From the NCBI GenBank assembly GCA_963771355.1, contig CAVYTA010000007.1, positions 704,001 through 768,000 of the forward strand: a stretch of DNA of 64,000 nucleotides. Reading direction: 5' to 3'. Position 1 is the stretch's first letter, and each line of letters opens with the position of its first letter. A program made the translations under genes and the position numbers. Below, piece after piece: positions 38,271 to 48,363 of the stretch. The notes under the pieces are model-generated. The model was not told where the DNA came from, ran no database searches, and was given only the letters and a program-made list of their open reading frames with translations. Origin of the DNA: an uncultured Candidatus Rokubacteria bacterium (lineage in GTDB: Bacteria > Methylomirabilota > Methylomirabilia > Rokubacteriales > CSP1-6).

Positions 38271-39224
38271 ATGCGTATTTGGCGGGCAAGACGGCGGTCG
38301 TCGCGGGCGTTCCTGATCGCCGGGGCCTGCTCGGCGCTCTTTCACCTGCTGCTGGTCCTTGCCGTGCTTTTCGGCGGGCTCTGGGGCACTCAGCGGGAGG
38401 TGAAGAAGGGCGAGCCGATCTTCGTCGACATGGCCCCCGACAAGCCCGAGGAAAAGGCCCCGCGGGGTAACCCGTCTCGGCCGGTCGGCCCCGAGGCCCC
38501 GCCGCCCCCCGTCCCCAAGGGGGCGCGGTTGGCGGAGGCGCCTCGTCGTGCGCCGCCGGTGCCCGCGAGGCCCGAGCCCCCGGCGCCCGTACCGGCCCCA
38601 CCCCAGCAGGTGGCCAAGGCTCCTGAGCCGCCCCCCCCAGCGCCACGAGAGCTGGAGCCCGCGCCCCCGGCCGCCCCCGCGCCGACGCAGCCCGCCGCTC
38701 CCGAGGCCCCCCGCGAGCCCGCAGAGCCCGCCCGGCCCGCGAGCCCGCCGTCGCCGCCCGCCTCGCCCGGCCCGCTCACCGCGAAGAGCAGCTCGGGCAT
38801 CGACCTGCCCGCGGCCATGCTGCGCCGGCCCGGCGGGGGCGGGGGACTGCAGGGCGGGCGCGGCGGGATCGAAGGTGAGCCCATCCCGCTCGACTCCCCC
38901 GATCCGAAGTATCAGGACTACTTCAAGATCCTGCGCGAGCGCATCCAGGCGAAGTGGACCTACCCGCGTGAGGCGGGAGATCGGGGCCTCGGCGGCTCGC
39001 TTCTCATCGAGTTCCACATCGCCAAGGACGGCCGCCTCGCCTATCTCGAGGTCCGCCGCTCGTCCGGCCTGGAGATCCTCGACGAGTACGCGGTGAACGC
39101 GATCAAGCTCGCCCAGCCCTTTCCGCCCGTCCCGGACAATCTCGCCAAGCAGGTCCTGCCCATCAACGGCAACTTCGTCTACCAGATCATCGACAACTCG
39201 CTCGTCAAGCAGTTCACCCGCTAG
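38271..39224 (+). CDS. TonB family energy transducer
   Basis: TM with S-x3-H, Pro-rich linker, WTYP..G..IEFHIAKDG..SSG..LD..A. Confidence 0.85.
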   Translation: MRIWRARRRSSRAFLIAGACSALFHLLLVLAVLFGGLWGTQREVKKGEPIFVDMAPDKPEEKAPRGNPSRPVGPEAPPPPVPKGARLAEAPRRAPPVPARPEPPAPVPAPPQQVAKAPEPPPPAPRELEPAPPAAPAPTQPAAPEAPREPAEPARPASPPSPPASPGPLTAKSSSGIDLPAAMLRRPGGGGGLQGGRGGIEGEPIPLDSPDPKYQDYFKILRERIQAKWTYPREAGDRGLGGSLLIEFHIAKDGRLAYLEVRRSSGLEILDEYAVNAIKLAQPFPPVPDNLAKQVLPINGNFVYQIIDNSLVKQFTR

Positions 39225-39229
39225 GCCGC

Positions 39230-40687
39230 GTGCTCCGCCGACCCGCGCTCCTGGCGCTGGCGCTTCTCCTCGGCGCCGGCTGCGCCGGCACGCCGCGCTG
39301 TGACCAGGCCCCCACGCGGGTGCAGCTCCTTCTCGTCAATGATGTGTATCTCCTCGATCCCCGCGCCGACGGGACGGGCGGCCTGGCCCGGGTGGCCACG
39401 CTGGTACGCGGCCTCCGGCGCGAGCAGCCGAACACGCTCTTCGTGCTGGCCGGCGATACGCTGTCGCCGTCGCTCCTCTCCACGCTCTTCCGTGGCCGCC
39501 AGATGATCGAAGCCTGGAACCTCCTCGACCTGGACGTGGCGACCTTTGGCAATCACGAATTCGACTGGGGGCCCGCCGTCTTGCACGAGCGGATGCGCGA
39601 CTCGCGCTTTCTCTGGCTCTCCGCGAATGTGCTGGATCGGCACACGCGTCAGCCCTTCGGCGGCGCGCGCCCATGGCTGACGCGGACGTTCGGCTCGGTG
39701 CGGGTGGGAATGGTCGGGCTCACCTTGCCCGAGACCCAGCACACCTCCAATCCCGGCCCCGACGTCTCCTTCGAGGCGCCGAGGCCGGCGGCGCGTGCGG
39801 CCTTCGAGGCGATGGGTCCGGTGGATCTGCGCGTCGCGGTGACACACCTCGAGCTGGCCGGAGACCGCGCGCTCGCCGACGCGGTCCCCCTCCACGTGAT
39901 CCTCGGCGGCCACGACCACGATCCGACAATGGTCGAGCAGGGCGGCACCCTCATCCTCAAGGCGGGCTCGGACGCGACAAACGTGGGGCAGGTGGAGTAC
40001 GAGCTGGCGTGTGGCGCCGTGCTCGCGCGCCGGCACCGGCTCATCCCGGTGACGGCGAGTATCACCGAGGCGCCCGACGTCCGGCGATTCATCGAGCGCT
40101 ACGCGGCCCTGACCGAGCAAGAGCTGGACCGCCCCGCCTTCGTCGCCGCGGTGCCGCTCGAAGCGCGCGACGGCGTGGTGCGGCGGATGGAGGTGCCGCT
40201 GGGCCGCTTCATCGCCGAGCTGATGCGGGAGCGCCTGGGGGCCGAGGCGGCGCTGCTCAATAGCGGGAGCCTGCGGGCGAACCGGATCTTCCCCGCCGGC
40301 CCCATCACGCGCCGGGACATCCGGACCCTTCTCCCCTTCGGGAACACGGTGGTGCTGCTCGAGGTGCCGGGGACCGCCCTCCGGGCCGCGCTCGAGCACT
40401 CGGTGAGCGCGCTGCCGCCGGCGGCCGGCCGCTTCCTGCAAACGGCCGGACTCCGGTACGCGGTCGACCCGGAGCGGCCGCCGGGGGCGCGGGTCGGGGC
40501 GGTGGAGGTTCAGGGGCAGCCGCTGGATCCGGGGCGGGCCTATCGGGTCGCGGTGCCCGACTTCCTGGCTCGGGGCGGAGACGGGTATGCGATGCTGGCG
40601 GCGGGCCGGGTCGTGGTGAGCGCAGAAGAAGGCCCCGGGCTCATCGAAACGGTCCTGGAGGCGGTGGAGCGGGGCCGCCTCCCTTGA
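39230..40687 (+). CDS. 5'-nucleotidase/metallophosphatase lipoprotein
   Basis: LGAGC lipobox, VNDVY, AGDTLSPS, GNHEFD, GGHDH, NSGSLR, LPFGN. Confidence 0.9.
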   Translation: MLRRPALLALALLLGAGCAGTPRCDQAPTRVQLLLVNDVYLLDPRADGTGGLARVATLVRGLRREQPNTLFVLAGDTLSPSLLSTLFRGRQMIEAWNLLDLDVATFGNHEFDWGPAVLHERMRDSRFLWLSANVLDRHTRQPFGGARPWLTRTFGSVRVGMVGLTLPETQHTSNPGPDVSFEAPRPAARAAFEAMGPVDLRVAVTHLELAGDRALADAVPLHVILGGHDHDPTMVEQGGTLILKAGSDATNVGQVEYELACGAVLARRHRLIPVTASITEAPDVRRFIERYAALTEQELDRPAFVAAVPLEARDGVVRRMEVPLGRFIAELMRERLGAEAALLNSGSLRANRIFPAGPITRRDIRTLLPFGNTVVLLEVPGTALRAALEHSVSALPPAAGRFLQTAGLRYAVDPERPPGARVGAVEVQGQPLDPGRAYRVAVPDFLARGGDGYAMLAAGRVVVSAEEGPGLIETVLEAVERGRLP

Positions 40688-40713
40688 CAGCCTTGTCGCG
40701 TATCCTGTAGCAT
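40684..40713 (+). promoter_or_regulatory. Sigma70-type promoter for tRNA-Val/thrS
   Basis: TTGACA-18 bp-TAGCAT. Confidence 0.55.
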
Positions 40714-40737
40714 GGCAATGCTTTTTGGGGGAGAGGC

Positions 40738-40812
40738 AGGCTCGTAGCTCAGTGGGAGAGCGCTACCTTGACACGGTAGAGGTCGGCGGTTCGATACCGC
40801 CCGAGCCTACCA
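40738..40812 (+). tRNA. tRNA-Val(GAC)
   Basis: AGGCTCG/CGAGCCT acceptor stem, CTACC-TTGACAC-GGTAG anticodon arm, GTTCGA T-loop, encoded CCA. Confidence 0.95.
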
Positions 40813-40934
40813 CTCGATCTTGTTGAGCCAGGGGTGCCCATCGCGAGGCAGCGCCATAGACGCGAGCAGAGCGGGAGGGAGCATCACCGGGCGGCGTCCC
40901 TGTGATGCTTTTTTGTTCTCAACTTGAGGAATCG

Positions 40935-42731
40935 ATGGCCGAGTCCGAAGAAGATCGACATTTGAAGCTGGCCGGGGAGTTCGACTGCCTCCCCGAGCCC
41001 CTGCCCACGCTTCGCCACTCGACCTCGCACGTGATGGCGCAGGCGGTGAAGCAGCTCTTCCCCGACGTGCGCGTGGCCATCGGCCCCGCCATCGAGGACG
41101 GCTTCTACTACGACTTCGCCAAGGCCACGCCGTTCACGCCGGAAGAGCTCGAGAAGATCGAGGCGCGGATGCGCGAGATCGTGAAGAAGGACTTGCCCTT
41201 CGCGCGTGAGGAGTGGTCGCGGGAGCAGGCGATCCGCTGGTTCGAGGAGCACGGAGAGCCCTTCAAGGTGGAGATCCTCCGCGGGCTGGACGTGCCCACG
41301 GTGTCCGTGTACAAGCAGGGGGACTTCCTCGACCTCTGTCGCGGCCCGCACGTGGCGTCTACGGGATCGCTCCGGGCCTTCAAGCTCCTCTCCTCCTCGG
41401 GCGCCTACTGGCGCGGGGACGAGAAGAATCCCATGCTCCAGCGCATCTACGGGACGGCCTGGCTGACCCAGGAGGAGCTGGACAAGCACCTGTGGCGGCT
41501 CGACGAGGCGAAGAAGCGCGACCACCGCAAGCTCGGGCGCGAGCTGGACCTCTTCGACTTCTACGACATCGCGCCCGGCGCGCCGTTCTGGCTGCCCGGC
41601 GGAATGATCCTCGTGCGCGAGCTCGAGCGCTTCGCGCGCGAGTCGCTGGACGCGCGCGGCTATCAGGAGATCGCGACGCCGCTGCTCGTCAACAAGAAGC
41701 TCTGGGTGCAGTCGGGGCACTGGGACCACTACCAGGACAACATGTTCAAGCTGGACGTCGAGGGCGAGGTCTTCAGCCTCAAGCCCATGAACTGCCCGGA
41801 GTCCTCCTACGTCTACAAGCGCGCCCTCCGCTCCTATCGTGACCTGCCGATCCGCTACTCGGAGATGGGCCGCTGCCACCGCAACGAGCGGTCGGGCACG
41901 CTCTCGGGCCTGGTGCGGGTGCGCCAGTTCACCCAGGACGACGCCCACATCTACTGCCGGCCCGAGCAGCTCCAGGCGGAGATCGCGGATCTCCTCGCGC
42001 TCGTCCGGGAGTGGTACGGCGTCTTCGGGCTCCCGCCCTCGTACCGGCTGGCCACGCGGCCGCCCGACAAGCTCGGCACCGACCAGCAGTGGGACGCCGC
42101 CGAGGACGCGCTCCACCAGGCGATGCGGTCCAACGGCCTCGCCTACGATCTCGACAAGGGCGGGGGCGCGTTCTACGGCCCCAAGATCGACATCGACGTG
42201 GAGGACGCGCTGGGCCGCCAGTGGCAGCTGGCCACCATCCAGGTGGATCTCACCATGCTGCCCGAGCGCATGCAGTGCGAGTTCATCGACACGGACGGCC
42301 AGCCCAAACGGCCGGTGGTGATCCATCGGGTGATCTTCGGCTCCTACGAGCGCTTCGTGGCCATCCTGACCGAGCACTTCGCGGGGGCGTTCCCGACCTG
42401 GCTGGCCCCCGTGCAGGCGCGCGTCCTGCCCATCAGCGAGAAGCACGCCGAGTACGGCCGGGCGGTGCACGCCAAGCTCCGGGCGGCGCGCATCCGCGCC
42501 GAGCTCGACGACCGCAACGAGAAGCTCGGCTATCGCATCCGGGACGCCCAGGTGCGCAAGGTCCCGTACACACTGGTCGTGGGCGAGCGCGAGGCCCAGA
42601 ACGGCACCGCCAGCGTCCGGGCCCGCGGCGGCGAGGACCTCGGCGCGCTCCCGCTGGAGCGTGTCCTGGAAGATCTGCGCGCCGAAATCGGTAGTCGGTC
42701 CGCCACCCTCAACGTGGGGCAAGCCACCTGA
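40935..42731 (+). CDS. thrS: Threonine--tRNA ligase (short form without TGS domain)
   Basis: LRHSTSHVMA, DLCRGPHV, RDHRKLG, KPMNCP, AFYGPKID. Confidence 0.97.
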   Translation: MAESEEDRHLKLAGEFDCLPEPLPTLRHSTSHVMAQAVKQLFPDVRVAIGPAIEDGFYYDFAKATPFTPEELEKIEARMREIVKKDLPFAREEWSREQAIRWFEEHGEPFKVEILRGLDVPTVSVYKQGDFLDLCRGPHVASTGSLRAFKLLSSSGAYWRGDEKNPMLQRIYGTAWLTQEELDKHLWRLDEAKKRDHRKLGRELDLFDFYDIAPGAPFWLPGGMILVRELERFARESLDARGYQEIATPLLVNKKLWVQSGHWDHYQDNMFKLDVEGEVFSLKPMNCPESSYVYKRALRSYRDLPIRYSEMGRCHRNERSGTLSGLVRVRQFTQDDAHIYCRPEQLQAEIADLLALVREWYGVFGLPPSYRLATRPPDKLGTDQQWDAAEDALHQAMRSNGLAYDLDKGGGAFYGPKIDIDVEDALGRQWQLATIQVDLTMLPERMQCEFIDTDGQPKRPVVIHRVIFGSYERFVAILTEHFAGAFPTWLAPVQARVLPISEKHAEYGRAVHAKLRAARIRAELDDRNEKLGYRIRDAQVRKVPYTLVVGEREAQNGTASVRARGGEDLGALPLERVLEDLRAEIGSRSATLNVGQAT

Positions 42732-42755
42732 GCCCCGCCACCAAGGAGCCGCGCG

Positions 42756-43271
42756 ATACAGCCTAAAGACATTCGCGTCAACGAGGGGATTCGGGTCCGC
42801 GAAGTCCGCGTGGTGAGCGATACCGGGGAGCAGCTGGGGATCCTGCCGATCGCGCAGGCCCTCGATCTGGCGCGGCAGAAGGAGATGGATCTGGTGGAGG
42901 TGGCGGCGGAGGCGGTGCCGCCGGTGTGCCGGATCATGGACTTCGGGAAGTACAAGTACACGCAGGCGCGACGCCAGAAGGAAGCGCGGAAGAAGCAGAC
43001 GGTGATCCTCGTGAAGGAAGTCAAGCTGGGGCCGAAGACGGACACGCACGACTTCGACTTCAAGGCCAAGCACGTGCGGCGGTTCATCGAGGAAGGCAAC
43101 AAGGCCAAGGTCACGGTGCGCTTCAAGGGGCGCGAGATGGCGCACACCGAGCTCGGCTGGAAGATGCTCAACCGGATGCAGGAGCTGATGTCGGACCTGG
43201 CGGTGGTGGAGAGCCACCCTCGGATGGAAGGCCGCATGCTCAGCATGATCCTTTCGCCGAAGGCACACTGA
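42756..43271 (+). CDS. infC: Translation initiation factor IF-3 (AUA start)
   Basis: AAGGAG + 7 nt + ATA; IRVNEGIR..EVRVV, PPVCRIMDFGKYKY, FKGRE. Confidence 0.95.
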   Translation: MQPKDIRVNEGIRVREVRVVSDTGEQLGILPIAQALDLARQKEMDLVEVAAEAVPPVCRIMDFGKYKYTQARRQKEARKKQTVILVKEVKLGPKTDTHDFDFKAKHVRRFIEEGNKAKVTVRFKGREMAHTELGWKMLNRMQELMSDLAVVESHPRMEGRMLSMILSPKAH

Positions 43272-43280
43272 GGAGTCGAG

Positions 43281-43478
43281 ATGCCGAAGATCAAGACGAA
43301 GCGGTCGGCGCGCAAGCGCCTGAAGGTGACGGGCACCGGCAAGCTCATGCGGCGGCAGGGGTGGAAGCGCCACATGCTGGAGGCCAAGTCCCCCAAGCGC
43401 CGGCGGAAGCTCCGCGCGCCCGCGCTCGTCAGCAAAGCGGACGCGCCGCGCCTCCGGGCGCTGGTTCCTTACCTGTAG
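43281..43478 (+). CDS. rpmI: 50S ribosomal protein L35
   Basis: MPKIKTKRSARKRLKVTGTGK. Confidence 0.97.
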   Translation: MPKIKTKRSARKRLKVTGTGKLMRRQGWKRHMLEAKSPKRRRKLRAPALVSKADAPRLRALVPYL

Positions 43479-43493
43479 GAGAGGAGTCACACC

Positions 43494-43853
43494 ATGCCAC
43501 GGGCAAAGGGCGGGTCCAAGACCCGCCAGCGCAGGAAGAAGGTTCTCAAGCAGGCGAAGGGCTACTGGGGCGGCCGGCGGCGGCTCTATCGCCCGGCCGC
43601 GGAGACGGTCCTGCGCGCGGGTGTCTTCGCCTACAAGGGACGCAAGCAGAAGAAGCGGCGCGCGCGGGCGCTCTGGATCATTCGGGTCAATGCCGCCTGC
43701 CGCACGCTCGGACTGTCCTACTCGGTGTTCATGAACGGCCTCAAGAAGGCGGGGGTGGCGCTGGATCGGAAAATCCTCGCCGAGCTGGCCGTCCACGACC
43801 CCACCGCCTTCGCGAAGCTGGCGGAGACGGCGCGAGCGGCAGGCCGCGCCTGA
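43494..43853 (+). CDS. rplT: 50S ribosomal protein L20
   Basis: [26 protein letters not shown]. Confidence 0.97.
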   Translation: MPRAKGGSKTRQRRKKVLKQAKGYWGGRRRLYRPAAETVLRAGVFAYKGRKQKKRRARALWIIRVNAACRTLGLSYSVFMNGLKKAGVALDRKILAELAVHDPTAFAKLAETARAAGRA

Positions 43854-43855
43854 GC

Positions 43856-44896
43856 GTGGCGCCGGACCCTCGGGTCCAGCAGATTCGTGATCGGGCCCTG
43901 GCGGATATCGCTGGGGCCCGCACCACGTCCGACCTCGAATCGTTCCGGGTTCGTGTCCTGGGGCGATCGGGGGAGCTGACCGCGCTCCTCCGCTCGCTGG
44001 GCTCGCTGCCGGCGGCGCAGCGGCCGCTGGTGGGGGCCCAGGCCAACGAGGTCAAGGCCGAGCTCGAAGCTGCGCTCGAGGCAAGGGTGGTGGCGCTCAA
44101 GGACGACGAGCGCCGCCGCGCGCTCGCCTCCGAGCGCGTGGACCTGACGCTGCCGGGACGCTTTCCCGCTCCCGGCTCCCTCCATCCCCTCACGCAGGTG
44201 CAGGACGAGATCATCGAGATCTTCGAGGGGCTGGGCTTCTCGGTGGCGGAGGGTCCGGAGGTCGAGAGCGACTACTACAATTTCGGGGCCCTCAATTTCC
44301 CCGACGACCATCCCGCCCGCGACATGCAGGACACGCTCCACGTGTCGGGGGGCGCGCTGCTGCGGACCCATACCTCGCCGGTGCAGATCCGCACCATGCT
44401 GGCCCGGCGCCCGCCCGCGCGCACGATCTCTCCGGGCAAGGTCTATCGCCGCGACCTCACCGACGCCACCCACTCGCCGATGTTCCACCAGGTCGAGGGG
44501 CTGGCGGTGGACCGGCACATCACCATGGCCGATCTCAAGGCCACCCTCGAGCTCTTCGCCAAGCAGATGTTCGGCTCGCGCTCGCGCTTGCGCTTCCGGC
44601 CGTCCTTCTTCCCGTTCACCGAGCCGTCCGCGGAGGCGGATGTGCTGTGCTTCAAGTGCGGCGGTGACGGCTGCCGCTTCTGCAAGCAGGGCGGCTGGCT
44701 CGAGATCCTCGGCTCGGGGATGGTGCATCCCAACGTGCTGCGCAACGTAGGCTACGATCCGGAAGAGGTCACCGGCTGGGCTTTCGGCATGGGCGTGGAG
44801 CGCATCGCCATGCTCAAGCACGAGGTGGACGACATCCGCCTCTTCTTCGAGAACGACCTGCGCTTCCTCAATCTGTTCGCCCCGGGGGCGCGGTGA
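43856..44896 (+). CDS. pheS: Phenylalanine--tRNA ligase alpha subunit
   Basis: HPARDMQDT, LRTHTSPVQ, FPFTEPS, AFGMGVER. Confidence 0.97.
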   Translation: MAPDPRVQQIRDRALADIAGARTTSDLESFRVRVLGRSGELTALLRSLGSLPAAQRPLVGAQANEVKAELEAALEARVVALKDDERRRALASERVDLTLPGRFPAPGSLHPLTQVQDEIIEIFEGLGFSVAEGPEVESDYYNFGALNFPDDHPARDMQDTLHVSGGALLRTHTSPVQIRTMLARRPPARTISPGKVYRRDLTDATHSPMFHQVEGLAVDRHITMADLKATLELFAKQMFGSRSRLRFRPSFFPFTEPSAEADVLCFKCGGDGCRFCKQGGWLEILGSGMVHPNVLRNVGYDPEEVTGWAFGMGVERIAMLKHEVDDIRLFFENDLRFLNLFAPGAR

Positions 44897-47325
44897 AAAT
44901 CTCCTATCGCTGGCTGCGCGAGTACGTCGACACGGATCTTCCGCCCGCGCAGCTCGCCGACCGCCTGACCAATGCCGGGGTGCCGGTGGAAGGCCTCACC
45001 CCCGTGGTGGAGGGCCTGTCCGGCGTGGTGGTCGGCGAGATCGAGGCCATCGAGCGGGAGCTGGGCGAGTCGCGGCCCGGTCACCACAATCGCCTCTGCC
45101 GCGTGGCCCTGCCGGACCGCAAGCTCTCGGTGATCTGCGGCGCGCCCAATGCCGTGCCGGGGCTCCGCACCGCGGTGGCCCCGCCGGGCGCGACTCTGCC
45201 CGGCGGCCGCGCCATCACCGCCGCCACCATTCGCGGCACGCGGTCCGAGGGCATGCTCTGCTCCGAGAAGGAGCTGGGCATCGGCGAGGACGGCGCCGGC
45301 ATCCTCGCGCTGCCCGCCGACGCGCCGCTGGGCGCGGATCTCATCACCTACCTCGGCCTCGACGACACCATCTTCGAGATCGAGATCACCCCGAACCGCC
45401 CCGACGTGCTCTCCATCGTGGGAGTGGCGCGCGAGGTCGCCGCGCTGACCGGCGCGCCCTTCCGCTATCCGCAGGTGACGGTGAAGGAGGGCGAGCCGGA
45501 TGTGGCCGCCCTCGCCGCGGTGGAGATCGCCGATCCGGACCTCTGCCCGCGGTACGCCGCGCGCGTGATCACCGGTCTCACCGTGAAGCCGTCGCCGCCC
45601 TGGCTGGCCCAGCGCCTGCGCGCGGTGGGACTCCGTCCCATCAACAACGTGGTCGACGTGACCAACTACGTGCTCTGGGAGCTGGGCCAGCCGCTGCACG
45701 CCTTCGATCGCGACCGCCTCAAGGACGGCCGCGTGGTCGTGCGCCGCGCCCGGCCCGCCGAGCGCCTCACCACGCTGGACGGGCGGGAGCGCGCCCTGAC
45801 CCCGGATATGCTGATGATCTGCGACGCCGAGCGGCCGGTGGCGGTGGGCGGGGTCATGGGTGGGGCCGACTCGGAAGTGCGGCTGGAGACCAGCACGGTA
45901 TTGCTGGAGAGCGCCCACTTCAATCCGGGGTCCATTCGCCGGACGTCCAGGGCGCTCGGGCTGTCCAGTGACGCCTCCTATCGCTTCGAGCGCGGCACGG
46001 ACATCGACGGCGTCATCCCGGCGCTGGATCGCGCGGCGTATCTCATGGCCGATCTGGGCGGGGGCACGGTGGCCCGCGGCGTGATCGACGTGTATCCCGC
46101 CCCGCGCCCGCATCCCCGCATCGCGCTCCGCCTCGAGCGGGTGGAACGCGTGATCGGCGCGGCGCCGCCGCGCGCCGAGGTGGTGCGCATCCTCCAGGCG
46201 CTGGGCTTCGCGGTGGACGACACCGCCCCCGCGCTGCAGGTCGTGGTGCCGAGCTTCCGCCGGGACATCGTCCAGGAGGACGATCTCGTCGAGGAGATCG
46301 TCAGGATCTGGGGCTATGACCGCATCCCGCTCATCCTGGCCGGGGGCGGGGAGCTGGCGCCGGTGACCCGACCGGCGGGGCTGCGCGTGACGCGCGTGGC
46401 GTCGCGCGCCCTGGTCGACGCCGGGCTCGCGGAGTGCATCACGTATGCCTTCGTGGACCCCGCGCGGCTCAAGATCCTGGGGTGGGATGATCCCGCCCGG
46501 CTGGTGACGCTCCAGAACCCGCTGTCCGCGGAGCGCTCGGTCATGCGTCCGTCCCTCCTGCCGGGACTTCTCGAAGTCCTCGCCACCAATGTCCACCGCC
46601 AGAGTCCCGACGTGCGGGCCTTCGAGGTGGGGACGATCTTTTCGCCGCATCGGGAATCGGACGGCGATCGTCCCGCGCACGAGGAGCTCTGGCTCGGGCT
46701 GGCGCTCACCGGGCTTCGCGCGCCGCGCGCCTGGCATGCGGGGCGCGAGCGGGTCGACGTGTACGACGCCAAGGGCATGGCCGAGCTGGGGCTGGCCGCC
46801 GCGGGCGCGCCCGGTGCGGCGACGGAGCCCTGGGCGCCGGGTCAGGAGCCGGCCTATCTCGAGCCGGGCCGGTCGGCACGGCTCGTGCGGGACGGGGTGG
46901 ACCTCGGCTGGTTCGGCGAGGTGAGCGCGCGCGTGCGCGAGGCCTATGATCTGGACGCGCCGGTCTTCGCCGCCGGCATCGCGCTGGGCGTGCTCGCGGC
47001 GCGGCCTGCCGCCGTTCCGCGCTATGCCCCGCTCCCGCGCTTCCCCGCCGTGCAGCGGGACCTCGCGCTGGTGGTGGCGGACGACGTGACGGTGGCCCAG
47101 ATCGAGGCCGCCATCCGCGGCATGGACATCCCGTGGCTCGCGCGCGTGCAGCTCTTCGACGTCTATAGTGGGAGCCAGGTGGGGGCGGGCCGGCGGAGCC
47201 TGGCCTTCGGCCTCACCTTCCAGGCGCCCGACCGGACGCTCACGGATGCCGAGGTGAACGAGCAGCACGCCCGCGTCGTCCGCGAGCTTGGACGCCGCTT
47301 CGGCGCCGAAGTGCGAGGGGGTTGA
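44893..47325 (+). CDS. pheT: Phenylalanine--tRNA ligase beta subunit
   Basis: ICGAPN, SEGMLCS, TPNRPD, GQPLHAFD, SYRFERG. Confidence 0.97.
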   Translation: MKISYRWLREYVDTDLPPAQLADRLTNAGVPVEGLTPVVEGLSGVVVGEIEAIERELGESRPGHHNRLCRVALPDRKLSVICGAPNAVPGLRTAVAPPGATLPGGRAITAATIRGTRSEGMLCSEKELGIGEDGAGILALPADAPLGADLITYLGLDDTIFEIEITPNRPDVLSIVGVAREVAALTGAPFRYPQVTVKEGEPDVAALAAVEIADPDLCPRYAARVITGLTVKPSPPWLAQRLRAVGLRPINNVVDVTNYVLWELGQPLHAFDRDRLKDGRVVVRRARPAERLTTLDGRERALTPDMLMICDAERPVAVGGVMGGADSEVRLETSTVLLESAHFNPGSIRRTSRALGLSSDASYRFERGTDIDGVIPALDRAAYLMADLGGGTVARGVIDVYPAPRPHPRIALRLERVERVIGAAPPRAEVVRILQALGFAVDDTAPALQVVVPSFRRDIVQEDDLVEEIVRIWGYDRIPLILAGGGELAPVTRPAGLRVTRVASRALVDAGLAECITYAFVDPARLKILGWDDPARLVTLQNPLSAERSVMRPSLLPGLLEVLATNVHRQSPDVRAFEVGTIFSPHRESDGDRPAHEELWLGLALTGLRAPRAWHAGRERVDVYDAKGMAELGLAAAGAPGAATEPWAPGQEPAYLEPGRSARLVRDGVDLGWFGEVSARVREAYDLDAPVFAAGIALGVLAARPAAVPRYAPLPRFPAVQRDLALVVADDVTVAQIEAAIRGMDIPWLARVQLFDVYSGSQVGAGRRSLAFGLTFQAPDRTLTDAEVNEQHARVVRELGRRFGAEVRGG

Positions 47326-47336
47326 CGGGGGGGCCC

Positions 47337-47558
47337 ATGGCGGACAGTCTGGTCCAGCGGCTGGAGCAGCTCGAGCAGTCCATCAAGCGCGCGGCGGAGG
47401 TGATCGCGCGCCTTCGCCTCGAGCGCGACGCGCTCAAGGCCAGGATCGACGGGTTCGAGACGGAGCGGGCCGAGCTGCGCACGCTGAAGCAGGAGCGCAA
47501 GGACGTGTTGACGCAGGTCGATGCGATCCTCCGGGAGCTGGACAAGATCGAGCTGTAG
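47337..47558 (+). CDS. ZapB-like coiled-coil protein
   Basis: Short coiled coil directly upstream of zapA. Confidence 0.65.
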   Translation: MADSLVQRLEQLEQSIKRAAEVIARLRLERDALKARIDGFETERAELRTLKQERKDVLTQVDAILRELDKIEL

Positions 47559-47567
47559 GAGGGTCTG

Positions 47568-47864
47568 ATGGCCGAGCCCAGGCGGGTGGACGTCGAGGTT
47601 CTCGGGCAGCGCTATGCCATCCGGAGTGACGCGCCGCCGGACTATGTGAAGCAGCTGGTGTCGTACGTCGAGAAGCGGGTGAAGGAGATCCGGGGTGACA
47701 CCCCCGGGCAGGATCCGACCAAGCTGCTGGTCCTGACCGCGCTCGACATCACCGACGAGCTCTTCCGTCTCCGCGAGGAGCATGGCCAGGGTGATGTGGA
47801 CGTCACCGCGCGGCTGGGGCAGCTCATCAAGCTGCTCGACTCCGTGGCCCCGCCCACGCGCTGA
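47568..47864 (+). CDS. zapA: Cell division protein ZapA
   Basis: VEVLGQRYAI..YV..RV..I..VLTALDITDEL. Confidence 0.9.
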   Translation: MAEPRRVDVEVLGQRYAIRSDAPPDYVKQLVSYVEKRVKEIRGDTPGQDPTKLLVLTALDITDELFRLREEHGQGDVDVTARLGQLIKLLDSVAPPTR

Positions 47865-48003
47865 GCGGCACGCGAGGGGCCCGGGGGGGGACCGCGGGGG
47901 ACGGGTGGCGCGTCGCGTCCAAGGCCGCGATCTCGGCTAGCGACTTAGGGGGGCTAGCGACTTAGGGCTTGACGGTAGGCGGGGCGGGAGGGTACACAGA
48001 GAC

Positions 48004-48180
48004 AGCCCTGCGCTGTGCGTGATGTCGGGGGGAAGTTTCAACCTCGTTTACACGCAGGACGCCGTGCAAGAGGGTGGTGCGCATGCCCCTCGTTGAGGGG
48101 AAGCCTGAAGCCCTCCTTTTGGCGCCCACCTGGTACATACCAGGTTCGAAACACCGTCGGCACACGGCAGAGGTGGGGCA
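48004..48180 (+). ncRNA. ssrS: 6S RNA
   Basis: Conserved position between zapA and rny; ends pair (CTG..GCTGTG / CACGGCAG), GAGGG/CCCTC and ACCTGGT..ACCAGGT helices; TTGACG-18-TACACA promoter upstream; boundaries approximate. Confidence 0.8.
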
Positions 48181-48253
48181 CGCTACGCTCTCCGATCGGC
48201 CCATTCGGGCCGATCGTGCCGTCCTTCAGGAGACCGGCCGCGGCGCCGTTACA

Positions 48254-48283
48254 TTGACTTTGCGCCTCGGCAGGCAGTATACT
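48254..48283 (+). promoter_or_regulatory. Sigma70-type promoter for rny
   Basis: TTGACT-18 bp-TATACT. Confidence 0.65.
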
Positions 48284-48363
48284 TCTCCAAATTTCGCGGC
48301 TATTTGCCGCGCGTGTCACTGAGAATACACAATCCGTCCGGGGTTCCCCGGAAGGAGAGACCG

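Noticed and set aside
40813..40934. T-box or other leader before thrS
   Set aside because: Too short, with no T-box consensus (UGGNACCGCG) or terminator
42926..43855. 656-aa ORF suggesting an N-terminally extended PheS
   Set aside because: The extension overlaps infC, rpmI and rplT in another frame; PheS homology starts at GTG 43856
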